In this document: piece by piece, positions 9,716 to 18,541 of the stretch
Layout: the number at the start of each line of letters is the position of its first letter
How positions within the stretch are numbered: the stretch's first letter is position 1
Assembly: GCA_964632215.1 (NCBI GenBank)
Contig: CAZWBG010000001.1
Coordinates: 313,336 to 377,335 of the forward strand
DNA length: 64,000 nt
Origin: an uncultured Candidatus Saccharibacteria bacterium
GTDB lineage: Bacteria > Patescibacteriota > Saccharimonadia > Saccharimonadales > UBA7683
Reading direction: 5' to 3'
The notes under the pieces: generated by a model
Told to the model about the DNA's origin: nothing
Seen by the model: the letters and a program-made list of their open reading frames with translations, nothing else
Database searches by the model: none
Made by a program: the position numbers and the translations under genes

Positions 9716-10168
9716 ATGAGCGAACGAGCTCCCGAGAGTGAACCGTGCATAAAGGTATTCATTGCCTTTGAGGCGGTCTGCCCGAAGAGCGAAGACAGCT
9801 GGAAACAGGTACTTCGAGTACACCATGTCCTGGATCAAAGATTAAATGAAAACGGTAAAGCCTGGCAAACTAACCTATCACCACAACCAGAAGACGAGTT
9901 GCTAAGGGCAAGATTTGGACTGAAGTCAGTCCACACCTTCACAGAAGGGCAACAGGAAGACATTCTTGTCTACCTGCTTCTACAGCTAACTCACTGTCTT
10001 GAAGAAGAACACTTGCCTGCCTCTATTGAGACTGCAACTATGGGACTTCTTAATGTCCGAACTCACGATATCCGTATCTACCATGAAGACGAGACTATAC
10101 CGCAGTTTCAGCAAACACTCGAAGATTTTAGAAATGTCGACCCCGAAGCCTTTCCCGGGCAAGAATAA
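9716..10168 (+). CDS. hypothetical protein
   Basis: 150-aa ORF filling the gap before rarA. No recognised motif and the start is uncertain. Confidence 0.35.
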   Translation: MSERAPESEPCIKVFIAFEAVCPKSEDSWKQVLRVHHVLDQRLNENGKAWQTNLSPQPEDELLRARFGLKSVHTFTEGQQEDILVYLLLQLTHCLEEEHLPASIETATMGLLNVRTHDIRIYHEDETIPQFQQTLEDFRNVDPEAFPGQE

Positions 10169-10195
10169 GTGTAGCCGTGCGTTATAATAAAGGGT

Positions 10196-11434
10196 ATGGA
10201 GCAACCACTGGCCGAACGAATGCGGCCGAGAACACTGAAGGAGTTTATTGGACAAAATCATCTTACGAAACAAGGTGAGATTATTCGTGAGATCATCAGC
10301 AAGAAACAGCCAACTTCTCTTATTTTCTGGGGGCCACCAGGTAGTGGTAAGACAACACTGGCTCGTATTATCGCCAGTGAACTAGAAACAGATTTTGTAG
10401 AACTATCGGCCGTTACGGCTAGCAAGAAAGATGTGCTAGCCGTAATAGAAAGAGCTCGCCGCAATTGGGTTTCAACAGACCCACAAGATACCCAGACTGA
10501 CTTATATCAAACAGTTAATGAGGCTGCACCTCAATCCGAATCTAGTAAGCGGATGATTCTATTCGTAGATGAAATTCACCGTTTTAATAAGGCTCAACAA
10601 GACAGCTTTTTGCCACATGTCGAGAGTGGTCTGATTACTCTGATTGGCGCCACGACCGAAAACCCTAGTTTTGAGGTCATTACGCCACTACTTTCACGCT
10701 CCCGAGTGATAGTACTCCAACCGCACAACAAAGAAGATATGATCAGTATTATTAAGCGAGCACTCAAGCTAGAAAAAGCCAGCAAGCGCATTACACCCAC
10801 GGCGATTGATCTGCTGGCCGAGATGAGTGGCGGTGATGCCCGAATAGCCCTTTCTAATTTGGAGCTAGCCTTACAGCTGAGCAAGAAAGTAACGCCAGAA
10901 GTTATCAAAACAGCGGCCCAAAAACGCCTACCGGGCTATGACAAAGGGGGCGAATACCATTACAACTTGGTGAGTGCCTTTATAAAAAGTATGCGCGGCG
11001 GTGATGCCAGTGCTTCGCTTTATTATTTGGCTCGCATGTTGCAGGCTGGTGAAGATCCTAAGTTTGTAGCGCGACGAATGGTTATATTTGCCAGTGAAGA
11101 CATAGGTCTAGCAGGTAATGGTGCGCTCAATCTTGCGGTTTCAACTTTCTTGGCAGTTGAGCGAATTGGGATGCCCGAATGCCAATACAGCCTTTTTCAC
11201 TGTGCAGCAGCGCTTGCCAAGGCCGAAAAATCCCGCCAGCTAACTGATGCCATGAGCTTAGCACTACAAGCAGCTAAAGATTTCCCCGAAGCACCCGTGC
11301 CGCTACATCTGCGCAACGCTCCAACAAAGCTCATGAAGGACCTCGGCTACCAAAAAGGTACCAAATGGGAAGCTGGCTTTAAGCACCCCGAGGGCTTCCT
11401 GCCCGAAGAACTCGAAGATCTTAAACTATTTTAA
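10196..11434 (+). CDS. rarA: replication-associated recombination protein A (AAA+ ATPase)
   Basis: Contains PRTLKEFIGQNHL, Walker A GPPGSGKTT, Walker B FVDEIHRFNK and the MgsA C-terminal region YYLARML..GEDP. Confidence 0.9.
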   Translation: MEQPLAERMRPRTLKEFIGQNHLTKQGEIIREIISKKQPTSLIFWGPPGSGKTTLARIIASELETDFVELSAVTASKKDVLAVIERARRNWVSTDPQDTQTDLYQTVNEAAPQSESSKRMILFVDEIHRFNKAQQDSFLPHVESGLITLIGATTENPSFEVITPLLSRSRVIVLQPHNKEDMISIIKRALKLEKASKRITPTAIDLLAEMSGGDARIALSNLELALQLSKKVTPEVIKTAAQKRLPGYDKGGEYHYNLVSAFIKSMRGGDASASLYYLARMLQAGEDPKFVARRMVIFASEDIGLAGNGALNLAVSTFLAVERIGMPECQYSLFHCAAALAKAEKSRQLTDAMSLALQAAKDFPEAPVPLHLRNAPTKLMKDLGYQKGTKWEAGFKHPEGFLPEELEDLKLF

Positions 11435-11515
11435 TAATGTATGAGTGACTTTTTAGGTTCAATTCTGTATAATCAATCTGTTACGAAGTGCTAGTTACTG
11501 TCAGCACTGTCATGA

Positions 11516-11590
11516 TAGGGTGTGGCCAAGTGGTAAGGCGCCAGGTTCTGGTCCTGGTATTCGGGGGTTCGAATCCCTCCACCCTAGCCA
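11516..11590 (+). tRNA. tRNA-Gln(CTG), CCA encoded
   Basis: Hand-folded cloverleaf: acceptor TAGGGTG/CACCCTA with U1-A72, anticodon loop TTCTGGT, T-loop TTCGAAT. Confidence 0.85.
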
Positions 11591-11595
11591 TTCTA

Positions 11596-11624
11596 TTGAC
11601 AAATAGTAGTTCATATGATATTAT
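11596..11624 (+). promoter_or_regulatory. near-consensus sigma70 promoter TTGACA-17-TATTAT
   Basis: Located 6 nt after the tRNA-Gln 3' end. Followed by a leader hairpin AAGCGATT/AATCGCTT (11633-11653). Confidence 0.6.
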
Positions 11625-11688
11625 ACATTACTAAGCGATTCTAGAAATCGCTTGAACCGGGACAATCCGACTACCCAAGGAGAATACT

Positions 11689-12123
11689 GTGGATCTCGCC
11701 CTCATGGAAGAGAGCCTGAAGACTGCCCCCAGCCCTGGCGCAGCTGCTGCCATCTGGTGGACAACGGTCCTTCGGGACCCCAAGCACGACAACGGTGGTG
11801 ATGACCGAGCCAGCATGGTGAGCCAGATGATGGCTGACATGCTGACGCAGGAGAACCCCGTCGAAGCTGATGCCCTCGAGATCTTCGCTGGTTTCCTCAA
11901 AGAGGACATCGACAAACAAATCGAGGAAGGTCGAGAGGAGATCTCCATCGAAGTGGACTACCACCCCGACCGCATGCTCTCCGACTGCGCCGTGCGTGCC
12001 AACCTCAGGGTTCCCGAGATGGGATGGCCGTGGAAGACCCGCATGTGGGTCACTCCCAAGAGCGTCGAAGTCAGTTACGGCTACGGTGCCGAGGTCAAGA
12101 TCATCTGGGGCCAGGAGAGCTGA
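11689..12123 (+). CDS. hypothetical protein, GC-rich (cassette D)
   Basis: 144 aa, GTG start with AAGGAG upstream. Local G+C is 39/60 in 11701-11760 versus 18/60 in 12241-12300. All frames are open here, as expected for GC-rich DNA. Confidence 0.55.
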   Translation: MDLALMEESLKTAPSPGAAAAIWWTTVLRDPKHDNGGDDRASMVSQMMADMLTQENPVEADALEIFAGFLKEDIDKQIEEGREEISIEVDYHPDRMLSDCAVRANLRVPEMGWPWKTRMWVTPKSVEVSYGYGAEVKIIWGQES

Positions 12124-12155
12124 CACACTACCTGGGTAGTGGATCGAATCCAATC

Positions 12156-12207
12156 GGGTGCATGTGCCAAAGTTGAGCCTTCAAGCTCCTCTCTGTGCAC
12201 TGCACCC
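12156..12207 (+). other. long bipartite GGG...CCC RNA hairpin after the ORF stop
   Basis: GGGUGCA..UGCACCC outer stem encloses the inner hairpin UUGA-GCCU-UCAA. A CCUGG motif lies upstream at 12131-12135. This is the same layout as the hairpins that precede the hammerheads. Confidence 0.5.
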
Positions 12208-12238
12208 GAACTACCATGCATATTTGTAAGATTATTTT

Positions 12239-12261
12239 CAGAACAGAAGTTCTGTTTTTTT
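12239..12261 (+). terminator. intrinsic terminator
   Basis: CAGAAC-agaa-GTTCTG followed by T7. Confidence 0.75.
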
Positions 12262-12302
12262 ATTGGCTTAGATTAGCCTTGGTATCTGATATTATTGAAA
12301 CT

Positions 12303-12932
12303 ATGAATATTGAGTTTCTAGACGAATTCGACCCTGAACTAAGACAGCTTCTAACTAAGAATACTGCTCTTTGGCAGAAGGAAGTTGAGTCTCTATTGCC
12401 CGACAATCCTAAGCCAGCTCTTGTAAAGTTCGACAACGATTATCTGATCGAGGGTCATGGTACGGGTGGTTTCGCTGATACTGGTGATGTTTTGGTTCTT
12501 GCTTTTGATATAGATTATGCAGATAGAAACGAACAGTTAAGTAAACTTCGTGCTAGTTATCTTCATGAATCATATCACTTGGGTCAAGGATGGGTCGGCG
12601 ATATTTTGCTAGATCCAATCGCAGAAGCAATACTTGAAGGAGCCGCCACTGTCTTTGAAAGAGACAAGGCTGGAACCAACCCCGAATGGTCACAGTACTA
12701 CGAAAGAGAAGAAATGGTCACCTTGCTTGAGCAGGTGCTCGAACTTGACAGTGATTATGACCATCAAAAGTGGAAGTATCTTGATCCTGTATCTGGTAAG
12801 AGTCATCTACTTTATCGACTGGGTACATTTATAACCGATGAAGCACTGCGCAAAAACCCTGGTACTACTATCGAGATGCTCGCAGATAAAAGCGCGGATG
12901 AGATATTAGCTCTGAGCAACCTACATACTTAG
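12303..12932 (+). CDS. putative Zn-metalloprotease (HExxH; DUF2268-like)
   Basis: Contains LHESYHL (HExxH). Start moved to ATG 12303 because the track's N-terminal extension crosses the terminator at 12239-12261. Confidence 0.5.
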   Translation: MNIEFLDEFDPELRQLLTKNTALWQKEVESLLPDNPKPALVKFDNDYLIEGHGTGGFADTGDVLVLAFDIDYADRNEQLSKLRASYLHESYHLGQGWVGDILLDPIAEAILEGAATVFERDKAGTNPEWSQYYEREEMVTLLEQVLELDSDYDHQKWKYLDPVSGKSHLLYRLGTFITDEALRKNPGTTIEMLADKSADEILALSNLHT

Positions 12933-13015
12933 TTCATACTTTACGGGTACGGTATAATGAAAGTGTAGAAAATGCGTTTTTATTAAGCAATCAACTTAAA
13001 ACCATAGGAGATACT

Positions 13016-13378
13016 ATGAAATTAATCGGTGTAATGCTCGGATCAGATCAACCTAGGGTTCTCGGTAAATTTTATACGAAGATTTTTGGCGAACCAGGCT
13101 GGCAACAAGATGATTGGTATGGCTACGATATTGATGGTGGAACTCTCATGATAGGTGCGCACAGTGAGGTACATGGCAAAAATGATATGCCTGGGCGACA
13201 AATTATTAGCCTCGTGACCGAAGATGTTCCGACTGAATTTAAGCGTATTAAGGGGCTCGGCGCTAAAGTTGTCGCAGAGCCCTACAATCCAGATGAGAAT
13301 GATGAGAAGGCGTGGTTGGCTACATTTGCTGACCCCGATGGGAACTACCTTCAATTAGCAACCCCTTGGGAGAAATAA
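13016..13378 (+). CDS. VOC (glyoxalase/bleomycin-resistance fold) family protein
   Basis: 120 aa. The C-terminal FADPDGNYLQL is typical of the VOC fold. Confidence 0.6.
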   Translation: MKLIGVMLGSDQPRVLGKFYTKIFGEPGWQQDDWYGYDIDGGTLMIGAHSEVHGKNDMPGRQIISLVTEDVPTEFKRIKGLGAKVVAEPYNPDENDEKAWLATFADPDGNYLQLATPWEK

Positions 13379-13387
13379 GGAGACTTT

Positions 13388-13987
13388 ATGTTTACATTAC
13401 CAAAACTAGACTACGGCTACGATGCGCTGGGTAAATACATCAGCAAAGATATCATGGAACTACATCACTCCAAGCATCATCAGATTTACGTTGATAAGCT
13501 CAATGCAACGATTGAGCAAGCACCAGAACTTGAGGGGAAATCACTTGACGAGCTGCTAGGTAACCTCGACGCTGTGCCTGAAAATGTGCGTAAAGCTATC
13601 CGCAACTTTGGCGGTGGTCACTACAATCATACGCTGTTTTGGAAATTCCTCTCACCCGAAGGTGGGCAGGAGCCACTTGGCGAACTAGCCGATGCTATTA
13701 AGGCAAAATATGGTTCGTTCCAAGCGTTTACCGATGAATTTACCAAGGCTTCACTAGGAATCTTTGGTGCTGGTTGGGCATGGCTTCAACCAGATCTCAG
13801 TATTACTACTACACCAAACCAAGATACCCCCATTAATTTTGGTCAACCTGAGCCACTTTTGGGGCTTGATGTCTGGGAGCACGCCTACTACCTTGACTAC
13901 ACGTATAACCGAGCCGATTACGTATCCGCCTGGTGGCACGTTGCCAACTGGCACGAAGCCAGTGAAAGATTTAAAAAAGTCTCATAA
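13388..13987 (+). CDS. sodA: Fe/Mn superoxide dismutase
   Basis: Contains LPKLDYGYDAL...HHSKHH...GGGHYNHTLFW...DVWEHAYYLDY. Confidence 0.9.
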   Translation: MFTLPKLDYGYDALGKYISKDIMELHHSKHHQIYVDKLNATIEQAPELEGKSLDELLGNLDAVPENVRKAIRNFGGGHYNHTLFWKFLSPEGGQEPLGELADAIKAKYGSFQAFTDEFTKASLGIFGAGWAWLQPDLSITTTPNQDTPINFGQPEPLLGLDVWEHAYYLDYTYNRADYVSAWWHVANWHEASERFKKVS

Positions 13988-14028
13988 ACTTGTGCTAAAC
14001 TACTAGGTAATAAAAGGAGATAGATCTT

Positions 14029-14220
14029 ATGATGTTCATGGGAATAGTAATACTTGTGGTCTTACCTCTGTTTCTCGTAATTAGTGCTCGCATGGTAGCC
14101 CAAAGCGACGCCGGTCATAAACTCATTGGTACCATTGGACAGGTTATACTCTATGGAGTTGCAGCTCTTTGCGTACTCGGGCTGATTTCACTGATCTTCC
14201 AACTCGTACGTACTATGTAA
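14029..14220 (+). CDS. small two-TM membrane protein
   Basis: 63-aa hydrophobic ORF with AAGGAG upstream. Confidence 0.4.
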   Translation: MMFMGIVILVVLPLFLVISARMVAQSDAGHKLIGTIGQVILYGVAALCVLGLISLIFQLVRTM

Positions 14221-15799
14221 CCTTCTTATTAGGGATGTTTCTCGAGAATAACATAGTCAACACAGCCAGTACTACAACAGCAAAGAGTGAAAGCCTCAGA
14301 GCATTAACCTGTGAATCCGTATAAGCGCTTTCTATACCGGGAATATCACTATCCGGAACACCAACCGAGCTTGCATAAGCCGATACTTCTGAAACCGGAA
14401 CAATAGAGACTCCAGCCTGACTATTTTGCTGCACGTAGGTTTTAATTTGTGGTGGTAAGGTGCTACCTTGCACGTTCGTAACAAAAGAAGTTGTAAGTGT
14501 TGCGATAAGCACAGAACCAATTAAAGCAGTACCCAGTGAGGAGCCAAGATTCTGTGAGACACCCTGTAGGCCGCCAGCCTCGGCCGTCTGCCCCTCATCA
14601 ACTGCCGACATATTCACGTTACCAAGCTGTGAGGCAAGTAATCCGAGGCCACCACCAACAATAAACATTCCGATCAGAAAGAGGGTATCTTTGAGCTGAA
14701 TCGAAACTGCACCCACCAGGGCAACTGATCCAATTACCAACAGTGTCTGTCCGATACGGACGATCCTCCGCGGTGCCCATCTACCCGACAAGCGTGTACC
14801 AACAATAGAGAAGAGAATGACTGCAAATGAAAGGGGTAATATCTTAAGCCCTGTCTGCAAAGCATCATAGCCGAGCGTCATCTGTAAATATACTGGTACA
14901 ACAAAGAATATTGAGCCAATAATCATGTACTGAGATCCAAGTACGGCCAGACCACTTCTCAGCGGCTTAATACTGAGCATCGAAACCTTAAGGAGCGGAT
15001 TTTTATGTGCCGTTTCAAGTTTCTGTTGACGGGTGTAAAAGAGTCTCAGAATAATAATACCTGCAAGCATAAGATAAGCGACGATCGAGATACCGAACGG
15101 ATTAATATCATAGCCATTTATACTCGGAATAGCCCTGGGCTCCACCCACCCCCATACCTTACTTTGTAACATGCCGTAAACGAGTAGAATTAGACCACTC
15201 GCGGAAAGGACGACACTGGCAATATCAATCTTCTGTGCGACTTTCTTGGTTGCATCTTTGAGCACACCACTACAAAGTAACACACCTATCATAATGAACA
15301 CCTCTGCCAAGAACACGTAGCGCCAAGAGAGATAGGTCGTTACATATCCACCAATCAACGGGCCAACTGCAGCTGCCGCACCAGAGATACCACCAATTAC
15401 CGCATAGGCCACTACTCGGTCTTTGCCCTTATAGTTTGTTGCAACCAATGCTGCCACGGCCGGAATCACCAAAACTGCGCCAATGCCCTCTGTAAACGAC
15501 CAGCCTATCATGAGTACCGTAATATTTGGGCTTATGGCTGTGATAAAAGAACCGATACCATAGATAACTGAGCCGATCATAAAAGCGCGTTTACGCCCAA
15601 ATACATCACCCAGCTTACCACCCAAAAGCATGAATGCCGCCATAGTCAGTGCATAAAATGTAATGGCCGTCTGCATAGCTGTCACTGTGGTATCAAGATC
15701 ATTAACCACTGTTGATATCGAGACGTTCATGACGGTACTATCAAGAACCATCACAAACTGAGCAAGCGCTAGTAAGATAACGACATACCACTTCTTCAT
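14213..15799 (-). CDS. MFS transporter, DHA2 (EmrB/QacA-like, about 14 TM)
   Basis: 528 aa with the MFS motif GKLGDVFGRKR and many TM segments. Confidence 0.8.
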   Translation of the reverse strand: MKKWYVVILLALAQFVMVLDSTVMNVSISTVVNDLDTTVTAMQTAITFYALTMAAFMLLGGKLGDVFGRKRAFMIGSVIYGIGSFITAISPNITVLMIGWSFTEGIGAVLVIPAVAALVATNYKGKDRVVAYAVIGGISGAAAAVGPLIGGYVTTYLSWRYVFLAEVFIMIGVLLCSGVLKDATKKVAQKIDIASVVLSASGLILLVYGMLQSKVWGWVEPRAIPSINGYDINPFGISIVAYLMLAGIIILRLFYTRQQKLETAHKNPLLKVSMLSIKPLRSGLAVLGSQYMIIGSIFFVVPVYLQMTLGYDALQTGLKILPLSFAVILFSIVGTRLSGRWAPRRIVRIGQTLLVIGSVALVGAVSIQLKDTLFLIGMFIVGGGLGLLASQLGNVNMSAVDEGQTAEAGGLQGVSQNLGSSLGTALIGSVLIATLTTSFVTNVQGSTLPPQIKTYVQQNSQAGVSIVPVSEVSAYASSVGVPDSDIPGIESAYTDSQVNALRLSLFAVVVLAVLTMLFSRNIPNKKVT

Positions 15800-15898
15800 A
15801 CTTGCACTATAGCACGTGGTTAGCCGATGTTAAACACGCTACTCTAAAATCGTTCCTGGTCACAAGTTTAACGGTCGATTGAAGGCTATTTTGTTGGA

Positions 15899-16729
15899 TT
15901 AATTTTTTAGCGGAAGCTTTTGCTCAGCTAATCGGAAGGTTGCTATAGCAACTGGCATACCCAGTCCGAAGAGGGCAATAAGCGCCATAGCCTGCTGTAA
16001 TTCTGTCGGGTTGGTAGTTGTTTCTTTAATCACGATAGAAAAAGCATTAGCGGCCATATATACAATCGGTAGCGCCAGAAAAGCTTTGGTAGGCTTTTGA
16101 ATATAGTCTTTGTCTTTTGAACCATAATGTAGATATACCGAGATGATGCAGTAGAAAGTTAGAGTTGTGAGAAACCAGCCTATAAAATTATGGAACGGTA
16201 CGCCGAAATAGACGCCACCCGTTTCCCAGGTCCACCGCTGTTGCACATAGGAGGTAATCGGGTCGAATGCCATATCCCACATTGTCATAAATAAGGCCGC
16301 CAAGATTGGTACACCCAGCAACATCCAACCTTGTAACTTTTTGTACTGCGCCAAAATAATACGCGCCAATACGTAAGATATATATCCCATAGAAACGTAG
16401 CTAAATGTCACCAATGGTGGTACGCCACCTATTAGAAAACCATTAATCTCAGGGTTTGTATTGTAAAAATAATGCCCAAATATCTTGCCTGTATGTACAC
16501 CTATTACCTCTGCTGTAAATGAGGTGAGCATAATAATAGCAAAAATAATCAGTGTGTGCTTTTTACCGAAGAACATAAAGCTATGTAGCAAAGCAAAAGT
16601 GAACGGCAGCAAGAAGATGACAAATGATAAGCCTGGATTTTTAACAATATAGATGTTGGTTATAGCAATAATTATTAAGATAACCCAACAGATGAGTGTC
16701 ATAGGTGAGCTTTTTTTGATTTTTTTCAT
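15899..16729 (-). CDS. polytopic membrane protein (DUF422 / carotenoid-biosynthesis-like)
   Basis: 276 aa, 7-8 TM. GKIFGHYFY...GGVPPLV and FGVPFHNFIGWF resemble that family from memory. Confidence 0.45.
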   Translation of the reverse strand: MKKIKKSSPMTLICWVILIIIAITNIYIVKNPGLSFVIFLLPFTFALLHSFMFFGKKHTLIIFAIIMLTSFTAEVIGVHTGKIFGHYFYNTNPEINGFLIGGVPPLVTFSYVSMGYISYVLARIILAQYKKLQGWMLLGVPILAALFMTMWDMAFDPITSYVQQRWTWETGGVYFGVPFHNFIGWFLTTLTFYCIISVYLHYGSKDKDYIQKPTKAFLALPIVYMAANAFSIVIKETTTNPTELQQAMALIALFGLGMPVAIATFRLAEQKLPLKN

Positions 16730-17042
16730 AAAGTTCCCTTGAAAATTATTAAATGATGCTTATGGCAATAAGTGTAGCATATTTATCTACGCGTCTATTC
16801 ACCGTCTTGTAAATTCGTCTGTAGTAAACCTCTACATATAGTGCTTACGCTACCTATGGCACACCACCCCTAGTACATGTTGATAGAAAGTTAAAAAAGT
16901 AATAAAAAACTCTTTACAAACTGCTTATATGGTTGCTAGTATGGTGACAAGCTCAGGGAAACAAAAATCTAAAATAAAAAAGATCTTCCCACGGTGAGCG
17001 TTCCATCACCACAACAACTTATTATATTTAAAAGACGATCCC

Positions 17043-17067
17043 CAAGGGTCGTCTTTTATCTTCCCTG
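17043..17067. terminator. bidirectional intrinsic terminator downstream of trmD
   Basis: AGACGATCC-ccaa-GGGTCGTCT flanked by an A-run and a T-run. Confidence 0.65.
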
Positions 17068-17091
17068 AAGTTCAATCAGTATTTTATAAGT

Positions 17092-17733
17092 TTATTTATT
17101 TTCTTGGCGCCACTTAGCAATTTCGCTGTGGTTACCGCCCAATAACGTTTCGGGTACCTGCATACCGCGGAACTCTGCTGGCCGAGTATAATGCGGTGCT
17201 TCAACTGTTTCATCATCTTCTACAAAGCTTTCTATCTCAGCACTGGTTTCACCACCCAGAACTCCAGGCAACAACCGCACAACGCTATCTGCAATTATCA
17301 ACGCCGCCAGCTCACCACCAGTTAGTACGTAATGACCAATGCAGATCTGCTCGTCTACCACACTCATAATTCGCTCGTCGTAGCCCTCGTAGCGCCCACA
17401 AATGATTATGAGCCCGTGATCCGCCTTTGCATATCTATCGGCTACAGACTGCCTCCAGAGCGTGCCGCGTGGTGTTGCAAGCATCACTTTGGCGGTTGGA
17501 TCTTGAGATTTAGCATGCCCAACTGCTTTTATAAGCGGCTCCACCATCAAAACCATGCCGTCTCCCCCGCCGTAAGGTGTGTCATCTACTTGCTGGCGCG
17601 GACCAAGGCCAAAATCACGTAGTTGAATGATCGCAAACTCTGCTGCTTTAATATCTTGGGCTTTGTAAAGCATTGAGCTATTTAGGTAGCCCTCTACCAT
17701 TTCTGGAAATAATGTAATAATCTGTATTTTCAT
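17092..17733 (-). CDS. trmD: tRNA (guanine37-N1)-methyltransferase
   Basis: Contains ITLFPEM...DDTPYGGGDGMV...ICGRYEGYDER...YVLTGGE. Confidence 0.9.
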   Translation of the reverse strand: MKIQIITLFPEMVEGYLNSSMLYKAQDIKAAEFAIIQLRDFGLGPRQQVDDTPYGGGDGMVLMVEPLIKAVGHAKSQDPTAKVMLATPRGTLWRQSVADRYAKADHGLIIICGRYEGYDERIMSVVDEQICIGHYVLTGGELAALIIADSVVRLLPGVLGGETSAEIESFVEDDETVEAPHYTRPAEFRGMQVPETLLGGNHSEIAKWRQENK

Positions 17734-17755
17734 CTTATATACAGTGTAGCTTGTA

Positions 17756-17784
17756 TTGACATTTTTTACAATATCTGCTATAAT
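17756..17784 (+). promoter_or_regulatory. consensus sigma70 promoter TTGACA-17-TATAAT (cassette A)
   Basis: Exact consensus hexamers with a 17-nt spacer, divergent from trmD. Confidence 0.7.
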
Positions 17785-17788
17785 CCCA

Positions 17789-17863
17789 TTAATCTTTTGG
17801 AGTTTTCAGGAGATAGCACCGTGTGCGGAAATATAAGTACGCACCAAACAACCAGGAGAAGAT
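17789..17863 (+). promoter_or_regulatory. conserved 5' leader RNA, copy 1
   Basis: 17789-17852 is 64/64 identical to 18467-18530. It contains the hairpin GUGCG-N12-CGCAC and three GGAG-type boxes. Confidence 0.6.
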
Positions 17864-18262
17864 ATGTTGGATACAGTCACGGAGTCCATCGATCTCGCTG
17901 AAGTCACCCCGGAACAGGAAGTACGAATCAGTATTGATGACAAGCACGCCTTATTGTTTCGTATCGACCCCCCTTCCATCTTCGATGAAAGCTATGTTTT
18001 CGGTATTGAGATCTCACGTCTCAAGCTGATCATGGGTGCATCCGAAGGTCACGTCGGTGGCCAATTCATCGACCTCAATGAGGTCAATATGGATGACATA
18101 ATCGAGGTAGTGGGGTTCATCGTTCCGCCAAGTCCCCATACCAGTGTGCAGCGCAACCTGGAGATCGGAAGAAGCTTCTATATCACGGGCGTTGGCTACG
18201 AGTACCTTCGACAAGAGACGCGCGGAACCATCACCTCCATCGAGGTATATGAAAGGTTTTAG
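17864..18262 (+). CDS. small hypothetical protein, cassette A (paralog of 18542-18955)
   Basis: 132 aa with AGGAGAAG as RBS. Shares IEV..IVP.S..T.V...L..G......ITG.GY......G.I.SIEV with cassette B. Confidence 0.6.
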   Translation: MLDTVTESIDLAEVTPEQEVRISIDDKHALLFRIDPPSIFDESYVFGIEISRLKLIMGASEGHVGGQFIDLNEVNMDDIIEVVGFIVPPSPHTSVQRNLEIGRSFYITGVGYEYLRQETRGTITSIEVYERF

Positions 18263-18291
18263 ACTTCCTGTATACCTTTTCACCCTGGTTG

Positions 18292-18344
18292 GGGCAGTTG
18301 TATCTAAGTAGCACATTTGGTGCTAACAAACGATATGACTGCCC
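18292..18344 (+). other. 13-bp-stem bipartite hairpin preceding hammerhead 1
   Basis: GGGCAGUUGUAUC pairs with GAUAUGACUGCCC, enclosing the inner hairpin UAGCAC-AUUUG-GUGCUA. It covaries with copy 2. Confidence 0.7.
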
Positions 18345-18347
18345 AAA

Positions 18348-18402
18348 ATCACTTCAGTAATTGTGTAATTACTCTGATGAGTTCAAAAGAACGAAAAGTG
18401 AT
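18348..18402 (+). ncRNA. type III hammerhead ribozyme, copy 1
   Basis: AUCACUU C AGUAAUU-GUGU-AAUUACU CUGAUGA GUUC-AAAA-GAAC GAA AAGUGAU. All invariant core positions are present (C3-A9, G12-A14, A15.1-U16.1, C17, G10.1-C11.1). Predicted cleavage is between 18355 and 18356. Confidence 0.85.
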
Positions 18403-18432
18403 GTAAATGATTGATATGGTTTTCGGGTTATA

Positions 18433-18461
18433 TTGACTTATCTTGTAATATCTGCTATAAT
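18433..18461 (+). promoter_or_regulatory. sigma70 promoter TTGACT-17-TATAAT (cassette B)
   Basis: Starts 31 nt after hammerhead 1. There is no terminator between them. Confidence 0.65.
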
Positions 18462-18466
18462 TTAGC

Positions 18467-18541
18467 TTAATCTTTTGGAGTTTTCAGGAGATAGCACCGT
18501 GTGCGGAAATATAAGTACGCACCAAACAACTAGGAGAAATT
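18467..18541 (+). promoter_or_regulatory. conserved 5' leader RNA, copy 2
   Basis: Identical to copy 1 over 64 nt. Confidence 0.6.

Noticed and set aside
11631-12153. Three additional overlapping ORFs (11631-11948 -, 11671-12153 -, 11870-12139 +) in the GC-rich cassette D
   Set aside because: High GC keeps all frames open. Only 11689-12123 has a promoter, an RBS and a terminator in the right places. The others are Ala/Arg/Ser/Pro-rich shadow frames.
17823-18029. 68-aa ORF starting with GTG inside the conserved leader
   Set aside because: It is out of frame with ORF A and overlaps it, and it has no RBS. The leader is conserved at the nucleotide level as RNA, so there is no need for a coding explanation.
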